Of a DNA stretch of 30,208 nucleotides, positions 16,501 to 29,000 are shown in pieces (position 1 is the stretch's first letter; each line of letters starts with the position of its first letter). Under the pieces are notes generated by a model. That model saw nothing but the letters and a program-made list of their open reading frames with translations. It ran no database searches and was not told the DNA's origin. Source of the DNA: a virus (taxonomy: Duplodnaviria; Caudoviricetes); IMG/VR virus record IMGVR_UViG_3300027712_000099, positions 1 to 30,208 of that record, one strand, 5' to 3'. Made by a program: the position numbers and the translations under genes.

Positions 16501-16984
16501 CAATACTGTTCCTATGCCAGCACGACCAACTATTAGTGATTTAACAACTGAATATAGTCAACTACAAGATTTTAAAATGTTAAGTGATAGTGTAATTGTT
16601 AATAGTGTAGTGTTCAAACCATTGTTTGGTCCTAAGGCAGCAGCAGCATTACGTGGCACAATTAAAGTTATTAAAAATTCTAATACCAATGCTAGTGATA
16701 GTGAGATTCGTAGTGCTGTACTAACACAAATGGATAATTATTTTAGCATTAATAATTGGAATTTTGGTGATACATTCTATTTCAGTGAATTGAGTGCTTA
16801 TATACATAATCAAATTGGTGAATACGTTAGTTCTTGCGTATTAGTACCAAACGACCCGACACTACATTTTGGAGATTTGTATGAAATCAAATGTATGCCT
16901 TACGAAATATTCGCTAACGCAGCAACATCTAATGATGTAATTGTTATTGCGGCATTAACACCCGCCGAATTACAGATAGCATAA
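13562..16984 (+). CDS. gp6: Baseplate wedge subunit, T4 gp6-like (enlarged, 1140 aa)
   Basis: DFRSYDYETLRKSFIDYLRQYYPETFNDYIESSEFIALLD, ENFIDTAERRDSVIKLANLVSYTPKR, FGDGVFSEIP, ESLADIKQRAP...QNRMVNGEDY and C-terminal NWNFGDTFYFSELSAYI are gp6/J-family motifs. Confidence 0.9.
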   Translation: MATSSRQSALFGVNDWKAIYQTFREADFRSYDYETLRKSFIDYLRQYYPETFNDYIESSEFIALLDVMAFMGQGLAFRNDLNTRENFIDTAERRDSVIKLANLVSYTPKRNLESQGYLKVTSLQTTQNISDLNGFNLSNTPVLWNDPANPSWLEQFNTIINAALINTQRVGLPGNSAQILGVKTDEYTLQIPAGSLPVIPFNSIVSGLNMNFELCSVTTVGENYVYEIPPAPTNRFNMLYRNDKLGYGSPNTGFFFYFKQGSLTNFDFTLQQQIANQAIDIDIQGINNSDTWLYEISRTNGAFGPWTKVDNIYADAYLQTENSVKKIFSVNSRFNDQVTYIFGDGVFSEIPVGNFRAYVRAGNALTYTIQPTEMQGLSISFNYVSRVGRQETLTFGLSLQVPVSNAQVRESLADIKQRAPSRYYTQNRMVNGEDYNNFPYTLYSSIIKSKAINRSSVGVSKNLDLLDPTGKYSSSNSYANDGGVWLNDTEGYALLTINSLSDITTFLNSTLSAILEDNRSLQYYIQNYPRYAIGPTITEQSTAVTDPNESEVYWQTSTVDANSSTGYFYDILNLADTPIPVGTYSTYNTKYITKGALLKFIAPSGYYFDTNNRLVSGVATASNKSYMWTTVLNVIGDGYNNGLGQFANGTGPITVNGYVPSAAQLIVVIPSFDNALPNTVINEATVRLDLQQNFSLVFNNSLTIAQQRWSVQAYNNSAYFVNFESVGYNRYTVTYRSLAYYFGSVADTRFTYEAGKLVYDPFSGIILQDFVNVLATNTQPGSNYPLTQPVKASIIGQTIETDGYVNDFEVEIASIDVNNRTVIENPDFFNEVTGYVTGNTNIGIYTFFEQIQDAVNLTRAELISSSTVIYQYATASQIEIVKYEYPEGQLFYAYNETDAAGLHNVFYITVQDPMINTPYYTLVVQPQYSMRPGRQGLQFQYRHNSNNTTRIDPATTNIIDLYVVEQAYYTAYQNWIQDITNTVPMPARPTISDLTTEYSQLQDFKMLSDSVIVNSVVFKPLFGPKAAAALRGTIKVIKNSNTNASDSEIRSAVLTQMDNYFSINNWNFGDTFYFSELSAYIHNQIGEYVSSCVLVPNDPTLHFGDLYEIKCMPYEIFANAATSNDVIVIAALTPAELQIA

Positions 16985-16987
16985 GTA
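16980..16987 (+). promoter_or_regulatory. Possible degenerate late promoter CATAAGTA upstream of the giant ORF
   Basis: Overlaps the gp6 stop codon, 25 nt before the ATG at 17013; variant of the boxes at 4277, 13036 and 13537. Confidence 0.35.
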
Positions 16988-17012
16988 ATATATAACATAA
17001 AGATTTTCAAAG

Positions 17013-20000
17013 ATGGCAACAAGAATTAGAACATTAAATTTTCTTCCAGATATATTTAAAACCGAAACCAATGCTCAGTTTTTAGCAGCAACACTAGACC
17101 AACTAGTTGCTCAACCTAATACTAAAAAGATTGAGGGTTATGTAGGGAGTAAATTTGGATATGGAGTTAATGCCAAAGACTATTATGTTACTGAACCAAC
17201 TAAAACTAGAACAGATTACCAATTAGATCCGGGTGTTGTTTTCTTAAAAGAAAATGAATCTGTTGCTAAAGATTTTATTAGTTATCCTGGGATAGTTGAT
17301 GCTTTGACGATTCAGGGTGGTATAACTGCTGATAACAATAGATTATTCAATAGTCAATTTTATTCATGGGATTCGTTTACTAATTTAGATCCAATAATCA
17401 ATTTTAATCAATACTATTGGATACCAGAAGGTCCGGAACGTGTAGTAGTAGCAGCTAATGTTATCTATAACACTTCAAATTATATTATACAAGATGAATC
17501 AACATATTACTTGATATCATCAGAGACTAATCCAACCCCGTCGATTAATCCATCATTGACATTATTACGCGGTGGCACATATACATTTACTGTAAATCAA
17601 CCTACTCAATTTTGGATACAGGGTGAGCCAGGTATAACTGGTTTTAGTAGTACACAACATAATGTACAAACTAGAGATGTTTACGGAGTTGAAAATAACG
17701 GGGCAGCACAGGGTGTTATAACATTTACTGTACCTGAAAAGAACGCATTATCTGATATTAACTTCCCAGGAAACAACACCGTTGATGTTGTGTCTACATT
17801 GGCATTTGATGAAGTTAATGGGGCTTTTGTAAATGATATTGGTGGTATAGATGGTGTAACTGCGTTAAACGGGTTAACGGTAATGTTTTACAATACCGGA
17901 GTGCCAAACGAATCTGGATTTGTACATAAATTTTTTAGTCAAACTGAATACGATACCAATGACAATGTTATTGTACCTCCTGCTACAATTACTGTTACCG
18001 CAACTAGTTCAACCAACAATACAGTAACATGTGATTCAACTAGTAGTCTTATTGAAGGACAAACTATAACATTTACTGGCACAGCATTTGGAGGATTAAC
18101 TGCTTATTCAACCACAAGCGGCCCATGTATATACACAGTAACTTCAATCCTTAATCCTACTCAATTTACAATAGCAATACCGGGCTCATCAAATGAAATT
18201 GGTGGCATTCCTCTATTAGCACTTAGTAATGCTGCTGGAACAATGATTGGTAATATAAATGAAGGTTTATATGAAGAAGGGTTTTATACTCCGGTCGCTG
18301 GAACGTTTTATATAATAAACCTATTAGGAAGTGATGATAATCCGTTTATACAATTAACAAAATTATCAAATATTCCTACTACTGAAAGAATTACTGCTTC
18401 ATTTGGAACACAATGGGCTGGAAGAAATTTCTATAGAAGTACCACTGGCATAATAACAGTATATCCATATAATAGCGCAATCTTAGATGTTTTGTATTAT
18501 CAAGATGGAACTAATCCAAATAAAGTAGGTGTTTTAAATATTGTTGATAACAATATTACAAATCAAATTAATGTAAATGCCGATATACTAGGAAAAACAA
18601 ATTATACTGCCCCAAATGGAGTGGTGTTTACTAACGGCTTAAAAATATTATTTCAAGGCAATATCTATCCAGCAAGTTATAACAACGTAGAATATTACGT
18701 TGAGGGCGTTGGTACAGCAATTGAGTTAATACCAGTTACCACATTAGTTTCACCGGGATTGTTTTCTGCTGGTGAATATATTCCATATGATACTATACCA
18801 TATGATATTGGTAATTATGATTCTAGTTTATACATCCCAGTAGATCCTGATTATATTACAATTGCTAGAAATTCAATTAACAGAAACCCATGGTCAAGAA
18901 GTAATCGTTGGTTCCACATTGACGTTATTAATGCTTCTGCTACATATAACAACAATCCTGATTTGATTACTGCTTATACTCAAATTGACAATAAAGCAAA
19001 ACGTCCAATCATTGAATTTTATCCTAATATTAAATTATTTGATGCCGGTGTAGTTGGTAAAGATCCTATTGATTTTATTGATACTAGAACACCTGACGCA
19101 TTTACCACAGTGTCCGGTGAACCTAACTATTATCCTGACGTAGCTGGCTGGACAACTGCAACTGCTATAATTGCTCCGGTCACAGGAGCAATAACCTCTA
19201 GAACAGCATCATATACTTACGCATTGATTAATCAAGTTACATTGAGTAGCACAGTTGGATTACATGTAAATGATACTATAAGTTTTGGATCATCATTTGG
19301 TGGAATTACTTCTGGTACTACTTATACAATTTCTTCAATTGTAGGTAGTAATATTACGTTAAATGATAGCTATGGAAATTTAGTTATACTGAATAATTCA
19401 GGTCCGGTTTCTGTAAGTACATCCATATATCCATATAGTACTACTATCACAATACCAACAGTTGGTGTGTCTGGTCTATTTGAAATTGGACAGTACATTA
19501 GTGATTCAACTGTATTATTGCCTAGTGTAACTTTCATTACTGATATAACTACAGCTGGATCCAACACAATATTAACTATTTCATGGTATGAACAAACCAC
19601 TATTGCTGCTACCAGTGTTGCCGCATTAGTAACCGCTGATACCCCATTGGATAATTATGCGTTGTTTGATGGAGCAAGAGTAGTATTTTCTGTTGATACT
19701 AATTTAGAAGTAAGAAACAAGATTTTTATTTCTAGATTTTCTACAATTGTTCCCGGAACTACTCCGGTAATTACTTTAACCGAAGCGGAAGATGGATTGG
19801 TATTGGCAGACGAACAAACTGCGGTGTACAGAGGATACAATTATATAGGTAAAGATTTTTATTTTACAGGTACTACTTGGATAGAAGGTCAACAAAAAAC
19901 CACACTCAATCAAGCACCTAGATTTGATGTGTTTGATAAGAATGAAATTAGTTTTGGAAATCCTGACATATATGTTGGTACTTCATTTACTGGATGTACA

Positions 20001-23000
20001 TTATTTTCATATGGGTTGGGAGTTGGAGCAAACGATACAGTATTGGGTTTTCCAGTAAGATATAGTTCTGTTAACAACATTGGAGATATTAGTTTTGATG
20101 TCACATTGAATTCTCTCACGTTCAATTATGTTAGTGGAACAACATCTGTAACTCAAAAAGTCAATACTGGATATGTGTATAACTATACACTATCTAGTAA
20201 CAATACCACGACTGTTGTTAGACAATTGGGCTGGCAAACTGCGGTATCACCTAGTGTACAATATCAAATTTTTGAATTTGATTGGAATACTATCACTACC
20301 GGAAATGTATTTACATGCGACATAGCACCTATAGTTAGTACCCCAACTAAATGGCCGTTAATTCAAGTTTATATTAACAATGTATATCTATCAAGTAATG
20401 ATTGGACAAGTATATTTACTGACACGACTACTACAATAACCATACCAAACATTGGTACTGTAGATACTGTTGTACAGATTTTAATATTAAGTGATCAAGT
20501 AAGCGCAACTGCTTATTTCCAGACACCCATTAACTTAAATAACAATCCTTTAAATCAAGACCTAACTAGTGTTAATATTGGTGATATTCGTGGACAATAT
20601 CAAAGTATATTCTTTAACAATCCTGACACAACTGGTGAAGTTTTTGGACCAAATAATTATCATAACTTAGGCAATTTGGTTCCATGGGGCAATCGAATAA
20701 TTCAAAATAGCGCAGGATTACCTGCTGTTGGTACTTTCTTACGTAATCAAGCACATGATCTTTTTAACGCACTACTATTCAATAGTAGAGAATATACAAC
20801 GTTTAAAGCATTGTTGGTAGATACTGTTAATAATTCAGATTATAGTAGAATCCTAACTCCTTCTGAAATGTTAGATTTAGCATTAGATACCATAAACTCA
20901 ACACATACTAATGACCAATCTTTCTTTTGGAGTGATATGTTGCCATCAAAGGCACCGTACATTGTTAACACATACAGTTTTGCCAATTCATTAGATGTTA
21001 GTATCTATCCTCTAAGTCATATCTATAATTTTGCTACAGCAAACTACAATGGAGTATTAGTATACCTACTACGCAACGGCATCCAAACTCAATTAGTTAA
21101 GGGTGTTGATTATACAATTAGTATAGATAGTCCTTCACTAACTATTACTACTGATTTGATACCTAATGATCAAATTACAATAAAAGAATATAATCAAACA
21201 TACGGAAGTTATGTTCCAAATACTCCTACAAAGTTAGGATTGTATCCTGCGACTATTCCAAGTGTAGTGCTAGATACAGCATATAATCCAGAAACATATT
21301 TTATTGTAGGACATGACGGATCATTTAATAAATTATACGGAAACTATAATACCACTACTAGCACATTAACTGACTTTAGAGATCAAGTATTACTTGAGTA
21401 TGAAACTCGTGTATATAATAACTTAAAATTAAGTGAAACAGTTCCGGCCGGTTCATATCAGGGTGTTATAATTCCGGGCTTCTTTAGAAGTACAGATTAT
21501 TCATATGATGAATTTTTACAAATTTATAGCGAATCATTTTTAAACTGGGTTGGTCAAAATAGAATTAATTATAAGACTCAATTCTATAATACTACTAATC
21601 AATTCTCTTACAACTATAGAAATAGCGGTAATAAAATAAACAAGGATCCTATTGATCAGGGATATTTTAGAGGAGCATATTTGTATTTCTATGACACCTC
21701 TACTCCAAACGAAACTCCATGGGAAATGTTAGGGTTAGCCAACGAACCAACTTGGTGGACAACTCGTTATGGACCAGCACCATATACAAGTGATAACTTA
21801 GTGCTGTGGGAAGATTTAGCAGCAGGTTTAGTTTGGAATAATGGGGACCCATTTATTAAACCTAGCTATGTACGTAACGGGCTATTAGATATAATACCAG
21901 TAGATAGTAATGGAGATTTATTATCTCCACTTGATTCAATTGTAGGTAATTATGACCAGAATATATTCAGAAAAGATTGGATAGTCGGAGATGTAGGTCC
22001 CGCGGAGTTTAGTTATCGTAGAAGCAGCACCTGGGCATTTGATTTAATGCGTATTTTAGCATTGACCAAACCTGCTGATTTCTTCAATCTAGGTATTGAT
22101 GTAGATAATTACAAATACAATACAGAATTTAATCAATATCTAGTGAAAGATAGAAGTCATTTAGTATTATCTGAAATTCCAATTTACGGCAATGGAACCC
22201 CTGCGACTAGTTATATCAACTGGATTGTTGATTATGAAAAACAAGTTGGGGTAGATGCTACTACAAATATCACCACTTTACTGAACAACCTGGATGTTCG
22301 TTTAGTTTATCGTTTAGCTGGTTTTAGTGATAAAACATTGTTAAAGTTCTATGTTGAAAAGAGTTCAGCAAACAGTAATAACAGTTCATTATTAATACCT
22401 GACGAAAGTTATCAAGTATTATTATATGAAAATCAACCATTTGATAAAATTGTATATAGTGGAGTTGTTGTACAGATAAGCGAAAATGGTTATAAAGTAT
22501 ATGGTAATTCACAAACAAATGCGTACTTTACCGTATTAGTTCCTACGTTTGGTGGAAATTCAGAAAAAATAACAGTAGAAAAAGCAACTGTTAGTGTAAC
22601 TAGCACCTTTACTAATAAAACAGAAGTAATACCCTACGGTACTGAGTTTTACAATATACAACAAGTATCTCAATTTTTAATTAGCTATGGCGAATACTTA
22701 AAAAGCCATGGCATGGTATACGAACAAATAGAAAATGGCATACCAATTAATTGGCAACAAATGGTTGCTGAATTCTTATATTGGTCTCAAGTAGGATGGG
22801 AAATAGGTAGTATTACTACAATAAACCCATCTGCTACTTTATTGGCTATTGATAAAGAAAGTCGCATTGTTCAACCATTAACATTACAAAGACATAATTT
22901 TGTATTAAATCAGAATCTATATCCTATACAGAATGTAGATTTATCAATTGTGCGGGATGGTACAGCATTTACAGCACAACCATTAAACTCAGGGGATGCT

Positions 23001-26000
23001 ATAAGTTATGGTCAATTCAATATTAGCAATATTGAGCATGGCATCGTATTTGATAACACTACTTTATTCAATGATATAATTTATAATTTAATTACTGGAT
23101 TGCGTCAGAATAGAATTTATGTACGCGGTACAAAAACTGCTGATTGGAACGGCAATGTTGACGCATTTGGTTTTATACTTAATCAAGATAATATTGCGGA
23201 GTGGACTAAAGAAATCAAGTACACCGCTGGATCTATTGTCAAATATAAAAACAAATATTGGACTGCACTAACAATCATCCAAGCAAAAGAAATATTTGAT
23301 GAACGTGATTGGAAAGAAACTAGTTATAACGAAATACAAAAAGGTTTATTGCCTAATAGCCAAACTCGTTCATATGAAAGCACATTATACTATGATGTAA
23401 ACAAAGCTAATTTAGAAAATGATGCTGACTTGTTAAGTTTTAGTTTGATTGGTTATCGCCCAAGAGATTATATGGCTTTGGCTGACCTTACTGACATAAC
23501 ACAAGTTAATGTTTATCAAAACATGATTAAATCAAAGGGAACACCTAATGCTGCTAAAGCCTTCAAAGGTGCTAATCTTCCACAGGGCGGGATTAATTAT
23601 GATATATACGAAAATTGGGCTATTAAGTCAGGTGAGTTTGGCGGTATACTAAACAATAACTTTATTGAATTTAGATTAAGTCAACCAGATTTAACCGGTA
23701 ATCCTTCTATTGTTGGATTAACAAATGGTAATTACACCGCCGGTGTTCAGCAAGAAGTCTCATTAAGCAACGTGTTTAACTATGGTAGACCAATCACATC
23801 GCCTAATATTTTATCTACAATATCTAGCGTAACTCCTTCTACATTATATCCTACAGCAGGATATGTTAACTATAACGATGTTAAGTTAGCAAGTTATTAT
23901 TATTCTGGTCTTACAACCGGACAAAATTCAGTAGGTACTGTTATACCTATTAATGAATTTTATGTAAGAGATTATGCTTGGTTGGCAAGCTATCTTGGTA
24001 CATGGCAAGTATATACCCCTAGTAGTTTAGGTTCAATTATTAATGCTAAAAACAATTTAAATGGTACAGTAACTATTACATTTAGTCAAGCACATAATTT
24101 AAAACGTTATCAACCATTTGCGATTGTGAATTTTAATGTAGCAATTAATAATTATTATATTGTTTCAGCAATCGTAGATCCATTCAATGTTATGATTAAC
24201 TTATCGTTGAATCCGCAAATAACTAGCATTAATGGGCAAGGTATTGGCTTCAAACTTCAAAGTCAACGTGTAGCTACCGCTCCTGAAATAGTTGATTTAC
24301 CTTCACTATTAGAGAATGAGTTTAACAAATTAAAAGTATGGGTTGATACAAACAACGACGGCGGCTGGGCAGTATTACGCAAGAGTTTAAACTATCAATA
24401 TACTAAAGAGATATTAAAAACAGCTAGTCAAACTTTAGGTAGTGCGGTAGCATATACCACTGCTTTGGGTTATATGGTTGGTGATAGTGGCGCCGGGGAA
24501 GTGTATAGATATGCGTATGACAATGTAACTGATAGCTACTTAGAGAAACAAACTATTAGTCACGGCGCTTCATTTGGATCAAACATAACATATATTGATG
24601 ATTTGTTTGTAATCTCTGAACCAACCGGTTCACCAAATGTATATATCTATCAATTAATAACTACCACGTTGTTGAATACATTGTTGCTATATCAAACTAT
24701 AGCAGCTCCTGGTGGGGTTACTAATTGGGGCTCATCAACTGCGTTGTCTGGCGATCAAAACTGGTTGTACATATCAGACATGGGTCATGCTCTTGTATAT
24801 GTTTATCGTAGATCAGCAGTAACTAATCAATATGTAAATGTTGGAACATTGAGTGTAGCCGGACTAACTTCTGCTGATAGTTTTGGTTATTCAATCTCTA
24901 CTGATTATTACGGAGGCACAGTAGTTATTGGTACGCCTCAACAAGATTATGACATCACTGCTCAAAATTACGGATATACATACGTTTTTAATAGAACAGT
25001 AGAAAATTTTGAAGCACGTTCTAGCAGTCAATCATATACTCCGGTATTGTTTAATTTAGCCTGGACTCCCGGTAATGTGCCAACTGTCGCAAATACTATC
25101 TCAAGTAATGCTATCACATTGGGCAGTGTTACTGGATTACAAGACGGTGCCAATGGTACGCCAATAGTCTTTACTGGCACCCCATACGGCGGTATATCAG
25201 CTAATACAGTTTATTACGTAAAACTAATTTCTGGTTCAACAATCACATTATCATTAACTAGAAATGGTACTACATTAGCATTAACTAATAGTACAGGCAC
25301 AATGACTGCCAATGGACAAACATCACCGTTGTACGTAACAGTTAATGGTACCACTTTAGCAGATAACTTGTATGCAGTGGTTGGATCAACGTTTAATGTA
25401 TATAGTACTGCTACTCCAACATTAAACGCAGGTGATATAATTAATGTTAGTGGTACTAATTTTGTATTAACACAAACATTAACCAATGAAGAAACACCAA
25501 GAGTTGGTGTACAGTTTGGTACCAGCACATCTACTAACCGATTTGCTAATGAAATTTTAATTGGCGCACCGTTTGAGTTATCAGAACAAAACTACGAAGG
25601 TGCTGTTCATAGATATACCAATGGTGGTGAAAAATACGGTACTATCATTGGTACTAATACTTGTAATATAACTACTCCTAGAACTATATTGCTAAATGGG
25701 TTTGCTGTCACATTACCAATTGGTAATGCTACAACCGCAGCAAACGCAATTAATTCAAATTCAATTACCAATGTAACTGCTTCAGCAGTAGCCGGAAAAT
25801 TAGTAATATCATTAGTTGATGTAGCATTAGCAGTAGCCGGTAATAAATTATCATTATCTGTATTAGATACTGCTACACTAGCTGAAATGGGCGTGACTAT
25901 TTATAAGCAAACACAAAAAATTGCTTGCCCGCACTTAACAGGAAGAACACAATTTGGTACTGTAGTTAAATTCAATAGTTCAGGATCATTTGTGGCCAGC

Positions 26001-29000
26001 GCCCCAGTTGGAGCAAGATACTCTGCTACAACATTTGATTTCACTGATGATGAATTAGACAACGATACTGTATTTGACAACAATGCTACTCAATGGGTTG
26101 ACACATTTAACAATGCTGGCGCAGTATACATGTTTGATTACTTGTCTACGTATAATGAAAACATAAATGCTCCGGGAAAATTTGTATACGCACAAAGTAT
26201 CAACGCACAAGATTTAGATTACGGAGCACAACCACACTACGGTACTGCGTTGGACTTTAATGATAACGTAGTAACAGTAGGTACTCCGGGATTTAACCCA
26301 AACAACAACCCACAAGAAACGAACGGACAAGTGGTAACGTATGTGAGTAACATTAGCGAACCAGATTGGGCAGTATATAGAAGTTCATCTGAAATTGTAG
26401 ATATAAATGGAGTATTCAATGTTCAACTTTTCAGCGCAAACACCAATGAAACATTAGAAAATTTAGATTACATTGATCCATTGCAAGGTAAACTATTAGG
26501 AGCAGTAGCAGAAAACATTGATGTTGTATCTAATGCTGATCCGGCATCATATAATTCTATAGCAAATCAGGGTGGATTAGTTTGGGGAGCAGAGAAAATA
26601 GGCACATTGTGGTTTAATACTAGCACTACTCGTTTTATGAATTACCATCAAAATGATGTTAGTTATAACAGTCAATGGTGGGGTAGAGTATTTCCGGGAA
26701 GTGATGTAGTTGTTTATTCTTGGGTGGCAAGTAATCAACCACCGGTGTCATATCCTGGCCCGGGTATCCCGTATAATACGGATAATTATACCGTTCGCGG
26801 TATAATAAATCCTGAAGGATTAATAACTCCAGTATATTATTTCTGGGCCAGAAATACAAACATTGTGTTTAATCAAATAGGAAAAACATTAGCTGATTCT
26901 ACATTAGAATTGTATATTGGTAACCCCCAAGGAACTGGTATTAGTTATCTTGCTCCGTTCTTGCCTAGTGTATTTGGATTATATAATTGTTTCCCTTATA
27001 TAAACGCAAAAGATACGGTATTACATCTTGGTTATTCTACCGGAGCAAACGATGATGCTACTCACAATCAATATAGTTTGATACGTTCAAATTATGCTGA
27101 TGACTTTTTGCCGGGAGTACCTGGCTCAGGAGCAGCATACCAAAATCACGCAGCAGTGGGTATAACAGAACCCATTGGATTATATAATAGAATGTTAGAC
27201 AGCATGTGTGGTGTAGATAATGCAGGCGGCGTTGTACCCGATCCACTACTACCAAAAGCAGTACAAACAGGCGTATTAGCTAGACCAAGACAAGGTTTCT
27301 TCTATAATAGATTTGGAGCATTGAAAAACTATTTACAATATGCCAATGTTGTATTAGCGCAGTTCCCAATCGTAGAATTAAGAAATCCGCAACTGCTATA
27401 CAAGGCAGGTGAAATAAATCCTTCTACAGTTAACAACTCACAGTGGCAAGGTTCTTCAACATTATTCTATGATACTACTAAGTATTGGAATTTTGTAAAT
27501 TGGTGGGCAACTGGATATGACAATAATACTAAATCATCATTACAAGTTCCTATCTATGCAGATTTATCTACATTAAATGTTCCTGCGGGAACAATTGTTA
27601 CTGTAGCATCTAATGGTGCCGGTAGTTCGGAAACATACATATTGGCTGACACTGGGGTATGGGTTAGAATTGGGTTAGCAAACGGAACCATCGAATTCAG
27701 TAGCGTACTTTGGGATTATACAGAAGCTAGATTGGGATTTGGCGATAACTTCTTTGACACTACCCCTTACGATGAATATCCAAGCACAGAAACTAGGTAT
27801 ATTGTTCGTGCGTTGAATGAAGAAATTTATACAAATGAATTGTTGATTTTTAGAAACAAGAGTTTAATATTGCTGTTTGAGTACATACAAAGTGAAACAA
27901 TTGAAAGTCAAAATTATTTAGATTGGTTAAATAAAACTTCATTTATTGATGTATCTCACACTATTCGTGAATTGCTTCCTTTAGAAGTATTTAAGTCAGA
28001 TAATCAGTTATTTTTAGAAGGGTACTTAAATGAAGTTAAGCCTTATCATGTTGTTATTAAAGAGTTTATATTCAAGTATACCAAAACTGATATATTTGAA
28101 GGTGACATTACTGATTTTGATTTGCCGGCACAATATAATTCAACAATAGAACAATTTGTTAGCCCTGAGTTAGTTTATGCTAACCCAAGTGGTGATAACC
28201 AATATTTACCGTCTGATCCAATATGGCAAACTGCTCCGTACAGCCAATGGTTCAGTAACTATGGTTTAGGTATAACAGGACAAAATGGGTATAAGATATC
28301 ATTATTGGATTCATATCTATCATTAAATTCAAGTTCTTGTTACGTAGATAACATTAACGGATTCCCAGTAACCGGTACCATAATCATTGGTGAAGAAAAA
28401 ATCGCATATTCTGCTAAAAACTTAGCTACTAATCAATTAATTGGATTATCACGTGGAATAAACGGTACAACAATTACAGTACATTTCCCTGGAGATTCTA
28501 TCCATATAGATTTGCCAGCGGTAGTAGTTCTACATGAAGGTAGAGGTTATGCCAATCCACCAACTGTTACTGCTTACATAGATACAACTATATACCCTGC
28601 TCCTAGAGTGCCGGCACAATTAGAACCAATAATGAGTTTAGATTCTGTCATTGGAGTAAATGTTATAAATCCGGGTGAAGGTTATGTTGTATTGCCAACT
28701 ATTAAAATTGATCCGGCAATAACAATCTCAATTAATAGTTCTCGTGTTAATATACTAACAAACACAATCGAGTTACCTACCTTATTATTACAAACCGGAG
28801 ACCTTGTTGTTTACAGTATTCCAGCTGGCTCAACTGAGATTGATGGGTTAGTAATAGGGCAGCAATATTATGTAAATGTATTAGAATTTACTCCGGTGCC
28901 AATATTTGCTCTTTATAGCAATTATTTGGATGCTATTAATGACCATGATAGAATAGTATTATATACAACCGGATCCGGAACTCAATATTTTAGTCAAGGC

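Noticed and set aside
4308-16984. Bacterial T6SS or eCIS locus
   Set aside because: Adjacent gp55/gp47/gp46 genes, T4-like late boxes and dense phage-style packing indicate a phage genome; no membrane complex or ATPase genes of those systems are present.
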